From an uncultured Pseudomonadota bacterium (GTDB taxonomy: Bacteria; Pseudomonadota; Gammaproteobacteria; Burkholderiales; JALYOK01), in contig CAVQPB010000021.1 in assembly GCA_963714525.1 (NCBI GenBank), positions 16,149 through 80,148 of the forward strand: a DNA stretch of 64,000 nucleotides, read 5' to 3'. Shown here piece after piece: positions 44,319 to 56,490 of this stretch (within the stretch, counting starts at the first letter, position 1; every line of letters begins with the position of its first letter). The position numbers and the translations under genes were made by a program. Under the pieces are notes generated by a model. It saw only the letters and a program-made list of their open reading frames with translations. It was not told the DNA's origin and did no database searches.

Positions 44319-45247
44319 TGCGGCTTACGGCCCGAATTTGTCATGGTGCGATTCGGTTTGCCCGATGTTGATTTACTTGGGCTGGGCTCCGGTTCCGGTT
44401 GCGGTTTCGTTGTGGCGATCAAATTACTTAAGACCAGCACGTGGCGGTCCTGGTCTATCCCGGCGCTCGGCTTGCATGTTATTTTAGCGAAGGGGTTAGC
44501 TGCGTTACGTTCGATATTGATTACTTTGGCTACTAACAGACCGGCGGGGTAGGTACCGTCAATTCCCGACGTCACCAATTGATCGCCGTTCTGCACGTCG
44601 GCGTTGAGCGGAATAAACGGAAGATCGAGCGTACCCTCGCGGCCATTGCCGAACACCACGGCACGTAATCCGTTACGGCTTAGCATGACAGGGACCGCTT
44701 GATTTTTGTCGGTCAGAAGCGTCACCTCACTGGTGAACGGGAATACCGCCGTAACTTGGCCCAATACCCCTTCGGCGCTGATTACGGCTTCACCGGGTTC
44801 GATGCTGTCATTTACTCCTTTGTCGACGATGACTTTCCGCCGGAACGGATTGCGGCCGCTGTGGAGGATTTCCGCCAGCGTGCTGTGTTCTTGTATGGAC
44901 TCGCGAGCACCGAGCAATTTGCGCAAGCTGGTCAGTTCGCTTTGCATCAGCCCCATGCGCTGCATGTCTTCAGACTTTTGCAGCAGGGCTTGTTTCAGTT
45001 CGATGTTTTCTTGTTGCAGTTTATTTTGAGTGACGAAGAAATCGCTGATACGCCCGAGCACTTGGCCGGGTGCGAGCGCTGCTTGTTGCAACGGATAGGT
45101 GATCGTCGCGATTCCAGCGCGGGCGAGTTCTAAAGTGTGGAAACGAGCATCCGCCACCATGAAGGCCAACGCCAACACGGAACAGAACAACAGACGAACA
45201 AATGGAGAAGGGCCGCGGTAAAAAAATTCAGGCTGCTGGGTGACCAT
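44315..45247 (-). CDS. mreC: rod shape-determining protein MreC
   Basis: N-terminal TM helix, coiled coil (NKLQQENIELKQALLQ), and beta-domains GDQLVTSGIDGTYPAGLLVAKV. Confidence 0.9.
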   Translation of the reverse strand: MVTQQPEFFYRGPSPFVRLLFCSVLALAFMVADARFHTLELARAGIATITYPLQQAALAPGQVLGRISDFFVTQNKLQQENIELKQALLQKSEDMQRMGLMQSELTSLRKLLGARESIQEHSTLAEILHSGRNPFRRKVIVDKGVNDSIEPGEAVISAEGVLGQVTAVFPFTSEVTLLTDKNQAVPVMLSRNGLRAVVFGNGREGTLDLPFIPLNADVQNGDQLVTSGIDGTYPAGLLVAKVINIERNAANPFAKITCKPSAGIDQDRHVLVLSNLIATTKPQPEPEPSPSKSTSGKPNRTMTNSGRKPQ

Positions 45248-45314
45248 ATACTACGATGCGATCCCCAATCATGTTGCCGCCGGCGCGACTGCGAGAAATT
45301 TAATCAGAAGTGCT

Positions 45315-46379
<1,065 letters not shown>

Positions 46380-46459
46380 TTAAGTTGTCGTTGGCCGTTA
46401 TGATACTCTAATGTCTTCAATGAATTAAAGCGCTAGCGCACTATTTTTGAGCATTTTCT

Positions 46460-46747
46460 ATGGAATTGACCGTAACAGACATCAAACGCATTGCCCGGTT
46501 GGCCCGAATCGCCGTAACCGACCGGGAAACCGCAACTATACCTAACGAGTTGAGTAATATTTTTCAGTTGATCGAAACCATGCAGGCGATCGATACGACC
46601 GATGTCGCCCCCATGTCGCATTTTCAGGACATGCCGCAGCGGCTGCGGGAAGACCGGGTAACGGAAACCGATCAGCGGGAACTACTGCAAAGCGTTGCGC
46701 CGCAGGTGGAAGCAGGTCTTTATCTAGTTCCCAGGGTTATTGAATAG
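46460..46747 (+). CDS. gatC: Asp-tRNA(Asn)/Glu-tRNA(Gln) amidotransferase subunit C
   Basis: 95 aa, with VTDIKRIARLARIAVTDRE...PMSH. It is followed by gatA and gatB. Confidence 0.9.
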   Translation: MELTVTDIKRIARLARIAVTDRETATIPNELSNIFQLIETMQAIDTTDVAPMSHFQDMPQRLREDRVTETDQRELLQSVAPQVEAGLYLVPRVIE

Positions 46748-46810
46748 CTTTGATTCCCACCGGCGGCGTCGAGTGTGGATGCCGCACCCTTCGTTCAAAC
46801 ATCGCAGACC

Positions 46811-48277
46811 ATGCTCGATTCAAGTCTTAAACAACTGTCCGCCGCACTGACGACACGGCGGATTTCCAGCGTTGAATTGACCAATCTTTTCTCGCGTCAA
46901 GCCGCAGCGCTTAATCCTAAGCTCAACGCTTTTATCACCCTAGACGCGGAAGCTAGCTTGGCCCAAGCGCGTCGGGCGGATGAGCGCCTAATCGCTGGTC
47001 AAGGCGGGGCGCTGACCGGTGTTCCCGTGGCCCACAAGGACATCTTTTGCACCAAGGGTTGGCTTACTACCTGCGGGTCAAAAATGCTTTACAACTTCGT
47101 CTCGCCATACGACGCCCACGTCATCGACCAATTTAACCAGGCGGGTGCGGTAATCCTCGGCAAGACGAATATGGACGAGTTTGCCATGGGATCGTCAAAC
47201 GAAACGTCGTACTTCGGCCCCGTGAAAAACCCGTGGGACGTCAAAGCCGTGCCCGGCGGTAGTTCCGGTGGCTCGGCAGCCGCCGTCGCATCGCGCATGG
47301 CGCCGGTGGCAACCGGCACCGACACGGGAGGTTCCATCCGCCAGCCCGCCGCCCTTTGCGGTGTGACGGGTCTCAAACCGAGCTACGGATTGTGTTCTCG
47401 CTTCGGCATGATCGCGTTTGCCTCCAGCCTAGACCAAGCCGGGCCGATTGCGCGCAGCGCCGAAGACTGCGCGATTCTGCTTAACACGATGGTCGGTTTC
47501 GACCCCCGCGACGCAACTAGTGTGGATCGTGAGAAAGAAGACTACACCCGCGATCTGCAGCGGCCGATCGCAGGCTTGAGGATAGGCTTACCCAAGGAGT
47601 ATTTTTCGTCAGGGTTGAATCCCGAGGTCGGTCGGGCGGTTGAGTTGGCGCTGGCCGAATATCGCAAGCTCGGTGCGGTGACGGTCGATATTTCCTTGCC
47701 GAAAACAGAACTCTCGGTGCCGGTTTACTATGTGCTCGCTCCAGCGGAGGCGTCGAGTAACCTAGCGCGTTTCGATGGCGTGCGTTATGGTTATCGAGCG
47801 CCGGAATACGAAGGCTTAACCGACATGTATGAGAAGACCCGGGCACAAGGTTTCGGCGCCGAGGTCAAACGTCGCATCATGATCGGCACCTACGTTTTAT
47901 CCCACGGCTACTACGACGCATATTACCTCCAGGCGCAGAAGATACGCCGCATCATCGCTAACGACTTTAGCGATGCATTTAAGCAATGCGATGTGATCAT
48001 TGGGCCTACTTCGCCCTCGGTCGCCTTCGATTTCGGCGCCAAGAGCGGCGATCCGGTTCAGATGTACCTAAACGATATCTATACGATCGCGGTCAACCTT
48101 GCCGGTTTGCCTGGGATGTCCATTCCATGCGGGTTTTCGGGTAATGGCCGGCCGGTGGGATTACAAATCGTCGGCAACTATTTCTGCGAGGCGAAAATGC
48201 TCAACGTCGCCCATCAATACCAACTGGCGACGGACTGGCATCAACGCGTGCCGGAATTGGCGAAAGGAGCCGTATGA
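46811..48277 (+). CDS. gatA: Asp-tRNA(Asn)/Glu-tRNA(Gln) amidotransferase subunit A
   Basis: Amidase signature [12 protein letters not shown]...[15 protein letters not shown] 46811 gives the typical N-terminus. The maximal ORF starts at GTG 46775. Confidence 0.9.
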   Translation: MLDSSLKQLSAALTTRRISSVELTNLFSRQAAALNPKLNAFITLDAEASLAQARRADERLIAGQGGALTGVPVAHKDIFCTKGWLTTCGSKMLYNFVSPYDAHVIDQFNQAGAVILGKTNMDEFAMGSSNETSYFGPVKNPWDVKAVPGGSSGGSAAAVASRMAPVATGTDTGGSIRQPAALCGVTGLKPSYGLCSRFGMIAFASSLDQAGPIARSAEDCAILLNTMVGFDPRDATSVDREKEDYTRDLQRPIAGLRIGLPKEYFSSGLNPEVGRAVELALAEYRKLGAVTVDISLPKTELSVPVYYVLAPAEASSNLARFDGVRYGYRAPEYEGLTDMYEKTRAQGFGAEVKRRIMIGTYVLSHGYYDAYYLQAQKIRRIIANDFSDAFKQCDVIIGPTSPSVAFDFGAKSGDPVQMYLNDIYTIAVNLAGLPGMSIPCGFSGNGRPVGLQIVGNYFCEAKMLNVAHQYQLATDWHQRVPELAKGAV

Positions 48278-49710
48278 TGCAATGGGAAATCGTTGTCGGG
48301 CTTGAAACCCATGCCCAACTTACGACGGAGTCGAAAATGTTTTCCGGCGCATCCACGGCTTTTGGCGCTGCGCCGAACACCCAGGCCTGCGTGGTCGATA
48401 TCGCGCTTCCCGGTGTGTTACCGGTGGCGAATCGGGGCGCGGTTGAGCGCGCGATTCGATTTGGCCTCGCGGTGGGTGGAAAAATCGCGCCACGATCGGT
48501 GTTTGCGCGCAAGAATTACTTTTATCCCGATTTACCGAAGGCCTATCAAATCAGCCAGTACGAATTGCCCGTGGTCTCCGGCGGAACCGTGACGTTTGCG
48601 ATGGAACAGGGCGCGAAAACTATTCATTTGACCCGCGCGCACTTGGAAGAAGACGCCGGCAAGTCGCTACATGAAGACTTCCACGGACTGTCGGGAATCG
48701 ATTTGAATCGGGCAGGAACGCCATTGTTGGAAATTGTCTCCGAGCCCGAACTAAGGGGTTCGCAAGAAGCAGTTGCCTACGCCAAGGCGCTTCATACTTT
48801 GGTGCGTTGGCTGGATATCTGCGACGGCAATATGCAAGAGGGATCCTTTCGCTGCGATGCGAACGTTTCCGTGCGCCGTGTGGGCGACAACGAACTCGGC
48901 ACGCGTTGCGAAATTAAGAACCTTAATTCGTTTCGATTCATGGAACGGGCGATCGAGTACGAAGCAAAACGGCAGATCGAACTAATCCAAGACGGCGGTA
49001 AGATTACCCAGGAAACCCGGTTGTACGATCCCGACAAGGATGAGACTCGCTCGATGCGTTCGAAGGAAGATGCTCAGGACTATCGCTATTTTCCAGATCC
49101 GGATCTGTTGCCGTTGGAAGTAAGCTCTGCTTGGATAGAACAGGTTCGCTCGCAGATGCCGGAAACGCCGCACGAGATGCAGGCGCGTTTCGTGTCGGCT
49201 TATGACTTGTCGCAATACGATGCCGCGGCCTTAACCGTATCTCGGGAAATGGCGCAGTATTTTGAGGCCTTAACCCAGGCAGCGGGCGGCGAGCCAAAAC
49301 TCTGCGCCAATTGGATGATGGGAGACCTCGCCAGCGCGCTAAACGAAGCGGATCTAGATATACCCGCGAGTAAAATTTCTAGTCAACGGTTGGCGGGTTT
49401 GATTCGCCTTATTGCCAACGGCACCGTTTCCGGCAAGATCGCCAAGGACGTGTTCAGTGCGATGTGGAACGAGGGAGGTGACGCGGATGCCATTGTCGAA
49501 GCGCGCGGCCTCAAACAGATTTCGGACAGCAGCGCTTTGGAAAAAGTCCTGGACGAAATCCTGGCGAAAAATCCCGGGCAAGTCGACGAATATCGCAGCG
49601 GCAAGGAAAAAGTGTTTGGTTTTTTTGTCGGGCTAGCTATGAAAGCCACGCAGGGAAAAGCCAATCCTCAGCAACTCAACGAATTGCTAAAACGCAAATT
49701 GTCGCGCTAG
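48274..49710 (+). CDS. gatB: Asp-tRNA(Asn)/Glu-tRNA(Gln) amidotransferase subunit B
   Basis: [13 protein letters not shown]..., [17 protein letters not shown]. The ATG overlaps the gatA stop. Confidence 0.95.
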   Translation: MMQWEIVVGLETHAQLTTESKMFSGASTAFGAAPNTQACVVDIALPGVLPVANRGAVERAIRFGLAVGGKIAPRSVFARKNYFYPDLPKAYQISQYELPVVSGGTVTFAMEQGAKTIHLTRAHLEEDAGKSLHEDFHGLSGIDLNRAGTPLLEIVSEPELRGSQEAVAYAKALHTLVRWLDICDGNMQEGSFRCDANVSVRRVGDNELGTRCEIKNLNSFRFMERAIEYEAKRQIELIQDGGKITQETRLYDPDKDETRSMRSKEDAQDYRYFPDPDLLPLEVSSAWIEQVRSQMPETPHEMQARFVSAYDLSQYDAAALTVSREMAQYFEALTQAAGGEPKLCANWMMGDLASALNEADLDIPASKISSQRLAGLIRLIANGTVSGKIAKDVFSAMWNEGGDADAIVEARGLKQISDSSALEKVLDEILAKNPGQVDEYRSGKEKVFGFFVGLAMKATQGKANPQQLNELLKRKLSR

Positions 49711-49711
49711 C

Positions 49712-50662
49712 CTAATAGTCTTTGCCGCGCTCGTACCGCGTCCGCTTAACTCTTATTCCTTCGATGTCGAAGGTGCCATCGGACTTAAGCGGACAGCTCG
49801 CTTTGATGTTAACGAATTCGCCGGTGGATTTCCTCACCCGCGTTTCAAGCAGAAGTTCTGCGGTTTGCGCATCGCGTTTGATTTCCGCGAACACCGCATA
49901 GGCTCTTCCCCCCAAGCTGTCTTGCCAATTTGCGAGACAATCGCGCGCGAGCGGACTTCTCACCTCAACCCAAGTCGGAATATTGTCGCGATCGTCAGCG
50001 ACGCCAACCCGCATCCCTGCGCCCCCGGCCGCCGTGACCTCACGGAAACGGCGCTTATCGTCCGCGAATTTTGCGACGATCCGGGTTTTGTCGATCTCGA
50101 GCTCCTTGATGGAGTTTTCCAACGTGGACATTTCTTTTTTGGTGGCCGCGATTTCTTTCGTCAGTCGCGCGGGCGGAGTTTTCTTCTTGCCGCTGGCAGT
50201 TGTCCCGGCATAGAACGCCAACTGCTTGTTTTGATCGATGAGTTGTTGTTGCAGCAATTTGATGCGCTCGCGCGCCAAATAGATTTTGCCGTCATAGGGC
50301 TCGAGCGATCGATCGCGCACTAAATCGATTTCGCTTTCGGCGGCGTAGGTGGCGAGCATAATTTCGTCCAAACGTTTTTGCTCTTTGGCTTTGGTGTCTT
50401 CTTCTTTGAGGCGTTGGATTTCCTGCTGCTTAGCTTTGACTTCGGCATCGGTTAGTGCGCGGTCGGTTTTCTTTTTGACAATACCGCGCTTATCGATCTG
50501 GGTATTCGCATTCTTGGAATAGTCCGGCGGAAGCGTATCGCTGTAGTGGGTGATGCCTTTTTCATCGACCCATTTGTAAGTTTCGGCCACGCTGTTGCCC
50601 AGCAGCACGAGCGAGCCGAAACAAAGTCCTAGGCGCCACACGACGTATTTACAGGACGCCAT
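49712..50662 (-). CDS. DUF4124 domain-containing protein with coiled coil
   Basis: Signal peptide followed by [17 protein letters not shown] (DUF4124 signature) and Lys/Glu-rich coiled-coil segments. Confidence 0.7.
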   Translation of the reverse strand: MASCKYVVWRLGLCFGSLVLLGNSVAETYKWVDEKGITHYSDTLPPDYSKNANTQIDKRGIVKKKTDRALTDAEVKAKQQEIQRLKEEDTKAKEQKRLDEIMLATYAAESEIDLVRDRSLEPYDGKIYLARERIKLLQQQLIDQNKQLAFYAGTTASGKKKTPPARLTKEIAATKKEMSTLENSIKELEIDKTRIVAKFADDKRRFREVTAAGGAGMRVGVADDRDNIPTWVEVRSPLARDCLANWQDSLGGRAYAVFAEIKRDAQTAELLLETRVRKSTGEFVNIKASCPLKSDGTFDIEGIRVKRTRYERGKDY

Positions 50663-51296
50663 ATTGCCGGCGGTAAGACAGCACCGCCGCCAAATTCGTT
50701 TGGTATTGCGAATGATCCGTTAGGAATTGCACCAGATCGTCGAGACGCGCGACGCTGATAACCGGGATCCCAAACTCACGCTCGACTTCTTGAACCGCCG
50801 AAAGCTCGGAGTTTAAACCGCGCTCCATGCGATCCAAGGCAATCACCACGCCGGCGGGTTTGGCGCCCTCGAAGCGGATGAGATCCACTGACTCTCGTAT
50901 CGAAGTACCGGCGGAAATCACATCGTCGATAATCAAAACCTGTCCCTTTAACGGCGCGCCGATGATGGTTCCGCCTTCGCCGTGATCCTTCGTTTCTTTG
51001 CGATTGTAGGCAAAGGGCACGTTACGATTGAATTTCTCTGCCAAGGCCATTGCGGTGCCTGCGGCGAGGGCGATGCCCTTGTACGCAGGCCCGTATAGCA
51101 TATCGAATGGGATATTAGCGCCGTTGATCGCCTGGGCGTAATAATTTGACAGCGCGGATAGCGACGACCCATCGTTAAACAATCCTGCGTTAAAAAAATA
51201 GGGCGACATCCGACCGGCCTTAGTCTTGAACTCCCCAAAGCGAATTACACCTTGCTTTACCGCGAACGCGATAAACTCCTCATGGAAGTCGGTCAT
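50649..51296 (-). CDS. pyrE: orotate phosphoribosyltransferase
   Basis: ATG at 51296. [17 protein letters not shown] and the PRPP motif [13 protein letters not shown] are present. The maximal ORF to 51344 was rejected. Confidence 0.9.
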   Translation of the reverse strand: MTDFHEEFIAFAVKQGVIRFGEFKTKAGRMSPYFFNAGLFNDGSSLSALSNYYAQAINGANIPFDMLYGPAYKGIALAAGTAMALAEKFNRNVPFAYNRKETKDHGEGGTIIGAPLKGQVLIIDDVISAGTSIRESVDLIRFEGAKPAGVVIALDRMERGLNSELSAVQEVEREFGIPVISVARLDDLVQFLTDHSQYQTNLAAVLSYRRQYGVL

Positions 51297-51405
51297 TATT
51301 AAACGGCAACGTGAACTGTGGCTAGCAAAAATAACATGTAACAATCGAGAATTATATAAATTTTACAATAGTTTGCAATTAATATTTCAACAATAAGGAA
51401 GGTAA

Positions 51406-52179
51406 GTGCGAGTTATTTCCCTGAATTTAAACGGAATACGCTCTGCGGCGACCAAAGGCCTCTTTCCGTGGATTGCCAAACAGGGCGCCGATATCATTTG
51501 TCTACAGGAACTAAAGGCGCAGGCGGTGGACCTCACTTCGGACATGCAGTCGCCGCCGGGTTACTACAGCGCGTTCCACCACGCGGACAAGAAAGGCTAT
51601 AGCGGAGTAGGGCTATATACCCGCATTCCCCCTAACAAATTGGTGACAGGCTTAGGCATCGCAGCGATCGACGCGGAAGGACGCTACTTGCGTGCGGACT
51701 TCGACGCGTTTTCCGTGATTTCGCTGTACCTTCCCTCCGGATCCAGCGGGCCCGATCGGCAAGCGGCCAAGTTTGCCTTTATGGAAGCATTTTTGCCGAA
51801 GCTAAAAGCGTTGAAAAAGGAAAAGCGCGAGATGATCATCTGCGGTGATTGGAATATCGCGCACCGGGAAATCGATCTTAAGAACTGGCGATCGAACCAA
51901 AAGAATTCTGGATTTCTGCCGGAAGAACGCGCTTGGCTAACGCAAGTGTTCGACGAATTGGGTTGGATCGACGTGTTTCGCACCATCAATCAGGAGCCGG
52001 ATCAATATACCTGGTGGTCCAATCGCGGCCAGGCTTGGGCTAAGAATGTCGGCTGGCGCATCGATTATCAAATTGCGACACCGGGCATTGCCGCGACAGC
52101 GAAAGCTGTCTCCATATACAAGGATGCGCGCTTCTCCGACCACGCGCCGTTAATCGTCGACTACGACGCGCTTAAATAA
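51406..52179 (+). CDS. xthA: exodeoxyribonuclease III
   Basis: RVISLNLNGIRSA...DIICLQE...GDWNIAH...SDHAP are the hallmarks of the EEP-family Xth. GTG start. Confidence 0.9.
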   Translation: MRVISLNLNGIRSAATKGLFPWIAKQGADIICLQELKAQAVDLTSDMQSPPGYYSAFHHADKKGYSGVGLYTRIPPNKLVTGLGIAAIDAEGRYLRADFDAFSVISLYLPSGSSGPDRQAAKFAFMEAFLPKLKALKKEKREMIICGDWNIAHREIDLKNWRSNQKNSGFLPEERAWLTQVFDELGWIDVFRTINQEPDQYTWWSNRGQAWAKNVGWRIDYQIATPGIAATAKAVSIYKDARFSDHAPLIVDYDALK

Positions 52180-52331
52180 GCAGCACGGCGCCGACGGGTG
52201 TGGTAGATTTCGGTGTCTATTCGCGAGCAAGTCTGGCGGTAGATTCCGGCGCAGATGGGCACCGCGTTTTTCTGCGGATCTCTGAAGCTGTCGCGCCGTT
52301 AACCATTCTAATTGTGAAGGAGGAGCGAATC

Positions 52332-53486
52332 ATGGAACGCATACAGCAACATCAGTTTATCGATCTGGCAACACCTCTCAATTCTGAGCAATATCAACCG
52401 CCGCAAAATGTCGGCCGCCGTCAATTCCTGCGCACGGCGACGGCAATGGCGGCAATTACCGGATTGTCCGCGGAAGCCTTTGCCCAGAACTTCGATCGCT
52501 ACAGCGACGGCGCCGCGCCGGTGCGCTACCCTGAGCCGGATGTGATCGTGCTCGACAAGCGCTTTAAATACAAACTCGGCAACACGCCGATCGTACGCCT
52601 CTATCGCGGCACCATGTGGGCCGAGGGGCCGGCCTGGAGCGGTGTCGGCCGGTATCTGGTGTGGAGCGATATTCCCAACAACGAGATCCTGCGCTGGAAT
52701 GAAGACGACGGCCACGTGTCGCGCCAACATCGCTTTCCGTCGGGCAACGCCAACGGCAACACCTTCGACTTCCAGGGCCGTCAGATTTCGTTCTGCCACG
52801 GCACACGCAAAGTGATTCGTTATGAATGGAATGGCGGCGTCACCGTGCTCGCCGAAAAGGCGCCGAATGGTCAGGAATTCAACGCACCCAACGATGGCGC
52901 CGTCACGCCCGACGGATCGCTGTTCTTCACCGATCCCGGTTACGGCAGTTTGATGGAATACGAAGGTAATCGCCTGCCGTCGAGCGCCAAGAGTGCGCAG
53001 CCGATTCAGAAGGAAGCGATTTATCGCGTCGATGAACCGGGCAAGGTTGAGAAAGTCGCCGACGAACCGTTCAAGCCCAACGGTTTATGTTTTTCGCCGG
53101 ACTACAAAAAATGCTATGTCGCGGACACCGGCATGTCTCATTACAAAGACGCCAAGAGCGTCATCTGGGTATACGATGTGGACGGCAAGAAACTCAAGAA
53201 CGCGAAAGTGTTTGCGAGCATGGAAATGGATGGCAAAACCGGGTTCGCCGACGGCATCCGCTGCGACGAAGACGGCAATGTGTGGGCGGGCATGGGCTGG
53301 GTCGGCGACAACTACGACGGTGTTCACGTGTTTGCTCCGGACGGCGCGCGCATCGGCCGCATCCGCATGCCGGAAATCATCTCTAACGTTTGTTTCGGCG
53401 GCAGCAAACGCAACCGCTTGTTCATGACCGGCTCGCAATCTTTATATGCGGTCTATGTTGAAACGCGCGGTGGCACGATCACCTAA
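52332..53486 (+). CDS. SMP-30/gluconolactonase/LRE-family protein with Tat signal
   Basis: ATG at 52332 lies after AAGGAGG. The Tat motif is GRRQFLRTATAMAAITGL. The beta-propeller pattern includes EGPAW, NDGAVTPDGSLFFTDP, PNGLCFSPD and ADGIRCDEDGNVW. Confidence 0.8.
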   Translation: MERIQQHQFIDLATPLNSEQYQPPQNVGRRQFLRTATAMAAITGLSAEAFAQNFDRYSDGAAPVRYPEPDVIVLDKRFKYKLGNTPIVRLYRGTMWAEGPAWSGVGRYLVWSDIPNNEILRWNEDDGHVSRQHRFPSGNANGNTFDFQGRQISFCHGTRKVIRYEWNGGVTVLAEKAPNGQEFNAPNDGAVTPDGSLFFTDPGYGSLMEYEGNRLPSSAKSAQPIQKEAIYRVDEPGKVEKVADEPFKPNGLCFSPDYKKCYVADTGMSHYKDAKSVIWVYDVDGKKLKNAKVFASMEMDGKTGFADGIRCDEDGNVWAGMGWVGDNYDGVHVFAPDGARIGRIRMPEIISNVCFGGSKRNRLFMTGSQSLYAVYVETRGGTIT

Positions 53487-53513
53487 CAGAAAACTCAACA
53501 TTTCTTTATCAGG

Positions 53514-53546
53514 AAAAACGGCGGCTCGAGGCCGCCGTTTTCTTTT
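53514..53546. terminator. bidirectional Rho-independent terminator
   Basis: AAAAACGGCGGC-TCGAG-GCCGCCGTTTTCTTTT has an 8-bp GC stem flanked by an A-tract and a T-tract. It lies between convergent genes. Confidence 0.75.
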
Positions 53547-53577
53547 AAAACCGTATAAAGAACGCTACGCTTAGGTG

Positions 53578-54204
53578 CTAAGATTTTGAGTTGCCTACGC
53601 GAGTTTCTCGCCCTGAAAGCAAGCGCGCGATGTTTTTCTTGTGGCGCCAAATTACCAGCAACGCGAGTAGAAGGATCATGCCCGTTCGCAGATCGCCGCC
53701 GCGAAAATAATAGGCGACGATCGGCGTCGCGGCGGTCGCACTGAGGGCAGCCAACGATGACGTGCGCGTCAGCGCAAACAGCAGCAACCACAGCATCGCT
53801 GCCGCGCTACCCACGCGCCAATCCAACGCGAGCAATACGCCCAACGCCGTCGCCACACCTTTGCCGCCTTTGAATTGATAGAACACCGGAAACAAGTGGC
53901 CGAGAAACACAAACAATCCCGCGAGCGCGATATGCACCTCGCCAAGACCCAATACCGGTGCGGCATTCGCGGTTATTGCCACGGCGAGCCAGCCTTTGAG
54001 CGCGTCTCCAAGCAGGGTTAACGCAGCGGCAAGTTTGTTGCCGGTGCGCAGCACATTCGTTGCGCCGGGATTGTTTGATCCATAGCTGCGTGGATCGGGT
54101 AATCCGAACACGCGGCTGACGATGACAGCGAAGGAGATCGAACCTAACAGATAAGAACCGACAGCGACCAGCAACTCGTTCATGAGAAATAGTATATCAG
54201 CCAC
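53578..54204 (-). CDS. plsY: glycerol-3-phosphate acyltransferase PlsY
   Basis: GSISFAVIVSRVFGLPDPRSYGSNNPGATNVLRTG...FKGGKGVAT is typical of PlsY. Confidence 0.9.
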   Translation of the reverse strand: MADILFLMNELLVAVGSYLLGSISFAVIVSRVFGLPDPRSYGSNNPGATNVLRTGNKLAAALTLLGDALKGWLAVAITANAAPVLGLGEVHIALAGLFVFLGHLFPVFYQFKGGKGVATALGVLLALDWRVGSAAAMLWLLLFALTRTSSLAALSATAATPIVAYYFRGGDLRTGMILLLALLVIWRHKKNIARLLSGRETRVGNSKS

Positions 54205-54291
54205 TCAATGCGTTCATGGCTCGCTCGGCGCAAAGCGTTGGCATGAGAGGGCAGATTCAGAATTTAGGACGTGGGAACCTACTAGACGCGA

Positions 54292-54897
54292 CTAATCGCC
54301 AGACGGCCACTCGACCTTATCGTAGACGTCCGCCAATGCCAGGGTACAGTCGATGGATGGAATCGAAATACTTTCACTCAAGGTATTCGCCGCCGACATC
54401 AACCAACGTTGTTGCGGCTGACGACTGTAGAGTTCGATTTTTGCCGCGTGTTGATTGACAAGCAGATATTCGTTGAGCGTGGTTAGGGTGCGATAGTGTT
54501 CGAACTTTCTACCGCGGTCGTAAAGGTCACTTGAATCCGAGAGAACTTCGATAATCACGGTGGGATTGAGCAGTGTATCGCCCGGTTGCTCCAGTTTGGG
54601 TTTATCATAAACAACGATTGCGTCGGGGTAGGTATAGAGCCCCGTTTGACTGATTTTAACGCGCAGGTCGCTGGGGAAGACCAGGCAAGGTTTTTTTCTG
54701 AGTTGTAAGCTCAGTTCACGAATAATATTCGACAGAATAAGATTATGAATCGCGCTCGCCCCGCCCATCGCAAACACTTCACCATCGAAGTATTCATGCT
54801 TCTCCGGCCTACTAGCTTCGAGCGCCAGATAGTCTGCGACAGTGATCTTATTTTGCGGTTTAACGGCCACGCCGATGCCCTTGAATGACGCCAACAA
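54292..54897 (-). CDS. Uma2-family (DUF820) endonuclease
   Basis: ITVADYLALEASRPEKHEYFDGEVFAMGGAS..HNLI...PSDLRV...YTYPDAIVV shows the PD-(D/E)xK pattern of the Uma2 family. Confidence 0.75.
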   Translation of the reverse strand: MLASFKGIGVAVKPQNKITVADYLALEASRPEKHEYFDGEVFAMGGASAIHNLILSNIIRELSLQLRKKPCLVFPSDLRVKISQTGLYTYPDAIVVYDKPKLEQPGDTLLNPTVIIEVLSDSSDLYDRGRKFEHYRTLTTLNEYLLVNQHAAKIELYSRQPQQRWLMSAANTLSESISIPSIDCTLALADVYDKVEWPSGD

Positions 54898-54937
54898 ACA
54901 ACGGTTATGTTAACGCCCTTGTTAAGCGCTGTCGAAT

Positions 54938-55837
54938 CTATCCACGCGGGTGATGCTTGGCATGCAGTTGTTTCAACCGCTCCCGCGCCACGTGGGTATA
55001 AATCTGGGTAGTGGTGATATCCGAATGGCCGAGCAGCAACTGCACCACGCGCAGATCCGCGCCGTGGTTTATGAGATGGGTGGCGAAGGCGTGGCGCAAG
55101 GTGTGGGGCGAGATCGGTATCGCGATCCCGGCGACGAGCGCGTAGCGTTTGATCAAATACCAAAATGCCTGCCGCGACATGGCGCTGGCGCGCGCCGTGA
55201 CGAACAGCGCGTCGCTCGATTTGCCGGAAAGCAAAACGGGGCGGGCTTCTTTAAGGTACCGGGTGAGCCACGCGATCGCTTCCTCGCCGATCGGCACTAA
55301 GCGTTCTTTCGAGCCTTTGCCTAGCGTTTTTACGACTGCCATATCTAGGCTCACCTGCACGACTTTAAGCCCTACAAGTTCCGATACCCGCAGGCCGCTG
55401 GCGTAGAGCATTTCCAACATCGCCCGATCGCGCAGGCCGAGCGGGGTGTCGAGTCGCGGTGCAGCCAACAGCGACTCGACATCGGTTTCGCTCAGGCTAT
55501 TGGGCAGCGAGCGCGGTAATTTCGGTGCAGCGATGCGCAAGGTCGGATCGCCGGCGATCTTGCCCTCCCGCACGCCGTACTGATAAAAACGTTTTAGGCT
55601 CGATAGCAAACGCGCAGTGGAACGCGGTTTAGCGTGATCGCGCCCGATGCGTTGCGCAAGATAGGATTGAATGTCGGCGGAGTTTCCTTGCGCCAAGGTC
55701 TTGTTGCCGTGCTTAACTAGCCAAACGGAAAATTGCATCAGATCGCTGCGATAACTCGCCAGCGTGTTGCGTGCTAGCCCCTGTTCCAGCCACAGGGCAT
55801 CGCAAAACGTGTCGAGCAGCGCTTCATCTTTGCTCAT
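54938..55837 (-). CDS. xerD: site-specific tyrosine recombinase XerD
   Basis: The start at 55837 gives a 299-aa protein. LLDTFCDALWLEQGLARNTLASYRSDL and the C-terminal HTLRHAFATHL...LLGHSDITTTQIYTHV are present. The upstream ORF extension overlaps ogt. Confidence 0.9.
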   Translation of the reverse strand: MSKDEALLDTFCDALWLEQGLARNTLASYRSDLMQFSVWLVKHGNKTLAQGNSADIQSYLAQRIGRDHAKPRSTARLLSSLKRFYQYGVREGKIAGDPTLRIAAPKLPRSLPNSLSETDVESLLAAPRLDTPLGLRDRAMLEMLYASGLRVSELVGLKVVQVSLDMAVVKTLGKGSKERLVPIGEEAIAWLTRYLKEARPVLLSGKSSDALFVTARASAMSRQAFWYLIKRYALVAGIAIPISPHTLRHAFATHLINHGADLRVVQLLLGHSDITTTQIYTHVARERLKQLHAKHHPRG

Positions 55838-56324
55838 GGGCGAGCAGCCATTGCTTGATTTTGATTGGGTTGCCGGTTTGCGCGCCCATGAATCCGCCCA
55901 TGCCGGTGCTGCTGACGATGCGATGGCAGGGGATGATGATCGGAACCGGGTTTTTGCCGCATGCCTGGCCGACGGCGCGCGGCGCGGATTTAATCGACCG
56001 CGCCAGTTCGCCATAGGTTCGCGTTTCACCGCGGGGAATACATTGCATCGCGCGCCATACGGCCATTTGGTGCAAAGTGCCTTCGACGCTGAGAACCACC
56101 GTGAAGCGGTAATTGGGATCCTTAACATACGCATCGAGCTGTTCGCAGGCGAGCGCCGCTGCCGGGGTTAACGGTTCGAGCGGAGGATGGTTACGCGGCA
56201 AGAATTCGATGTGAGTCAAGTAGTCGCCGTCGGTGCGCACGCCCAATACGGCGAACGGTGTTTTCAAACAGGCTTGAAAGCGGTTTATCTCCGCCACCGG
56301 TTTTTTCCGGCTTTGCGTCTTCAT
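55824..56324 (-). CDS. ogt: methylated-DNA--protein-cysteine methyltransferase
   Basis: Active site IIIPCHRIV preceded by GETRTYGELA. ATG at 56324. Confidence 0.85.
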   Translation of the reverse strand: MKTQSRKKPVAEINRFQACLKTPFAVLGVRTDGDYLTHIEFLPRNHPPLEPLTPAAALACEQLDAYVKDPNYRFTVVLSVEGTLHQMAVWRAMQCIPRGETRTYGELARSIKSAPRAVGQACGKNPVPIIIPCHRIVSSTGMGGFMGAQTGNPIKIKQWLLAHEQR

Positions 56325-56490
56325 GAATTTCAAATTCCGATTGCGAACGAGCAAGGCTTTATTCTCGCAGATTACGCATGGGAAAAAAATATGCCCTCGC
56401 GAGCGCGCCCGCACTCAATGTTTAACGACTGGCCTGAGAGCCAATACTGATGCGGGTCTCAGGGCAACGTTCCCCTATTGAGAAATGGAA

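Noticed and set aside
55838-56134. N-terminal extension of the 398-aa xerD ORF
   Set aside because: It overlaps the 3' part of ogt in another frame. The XerD homology begins at MSKDEALL (55837).
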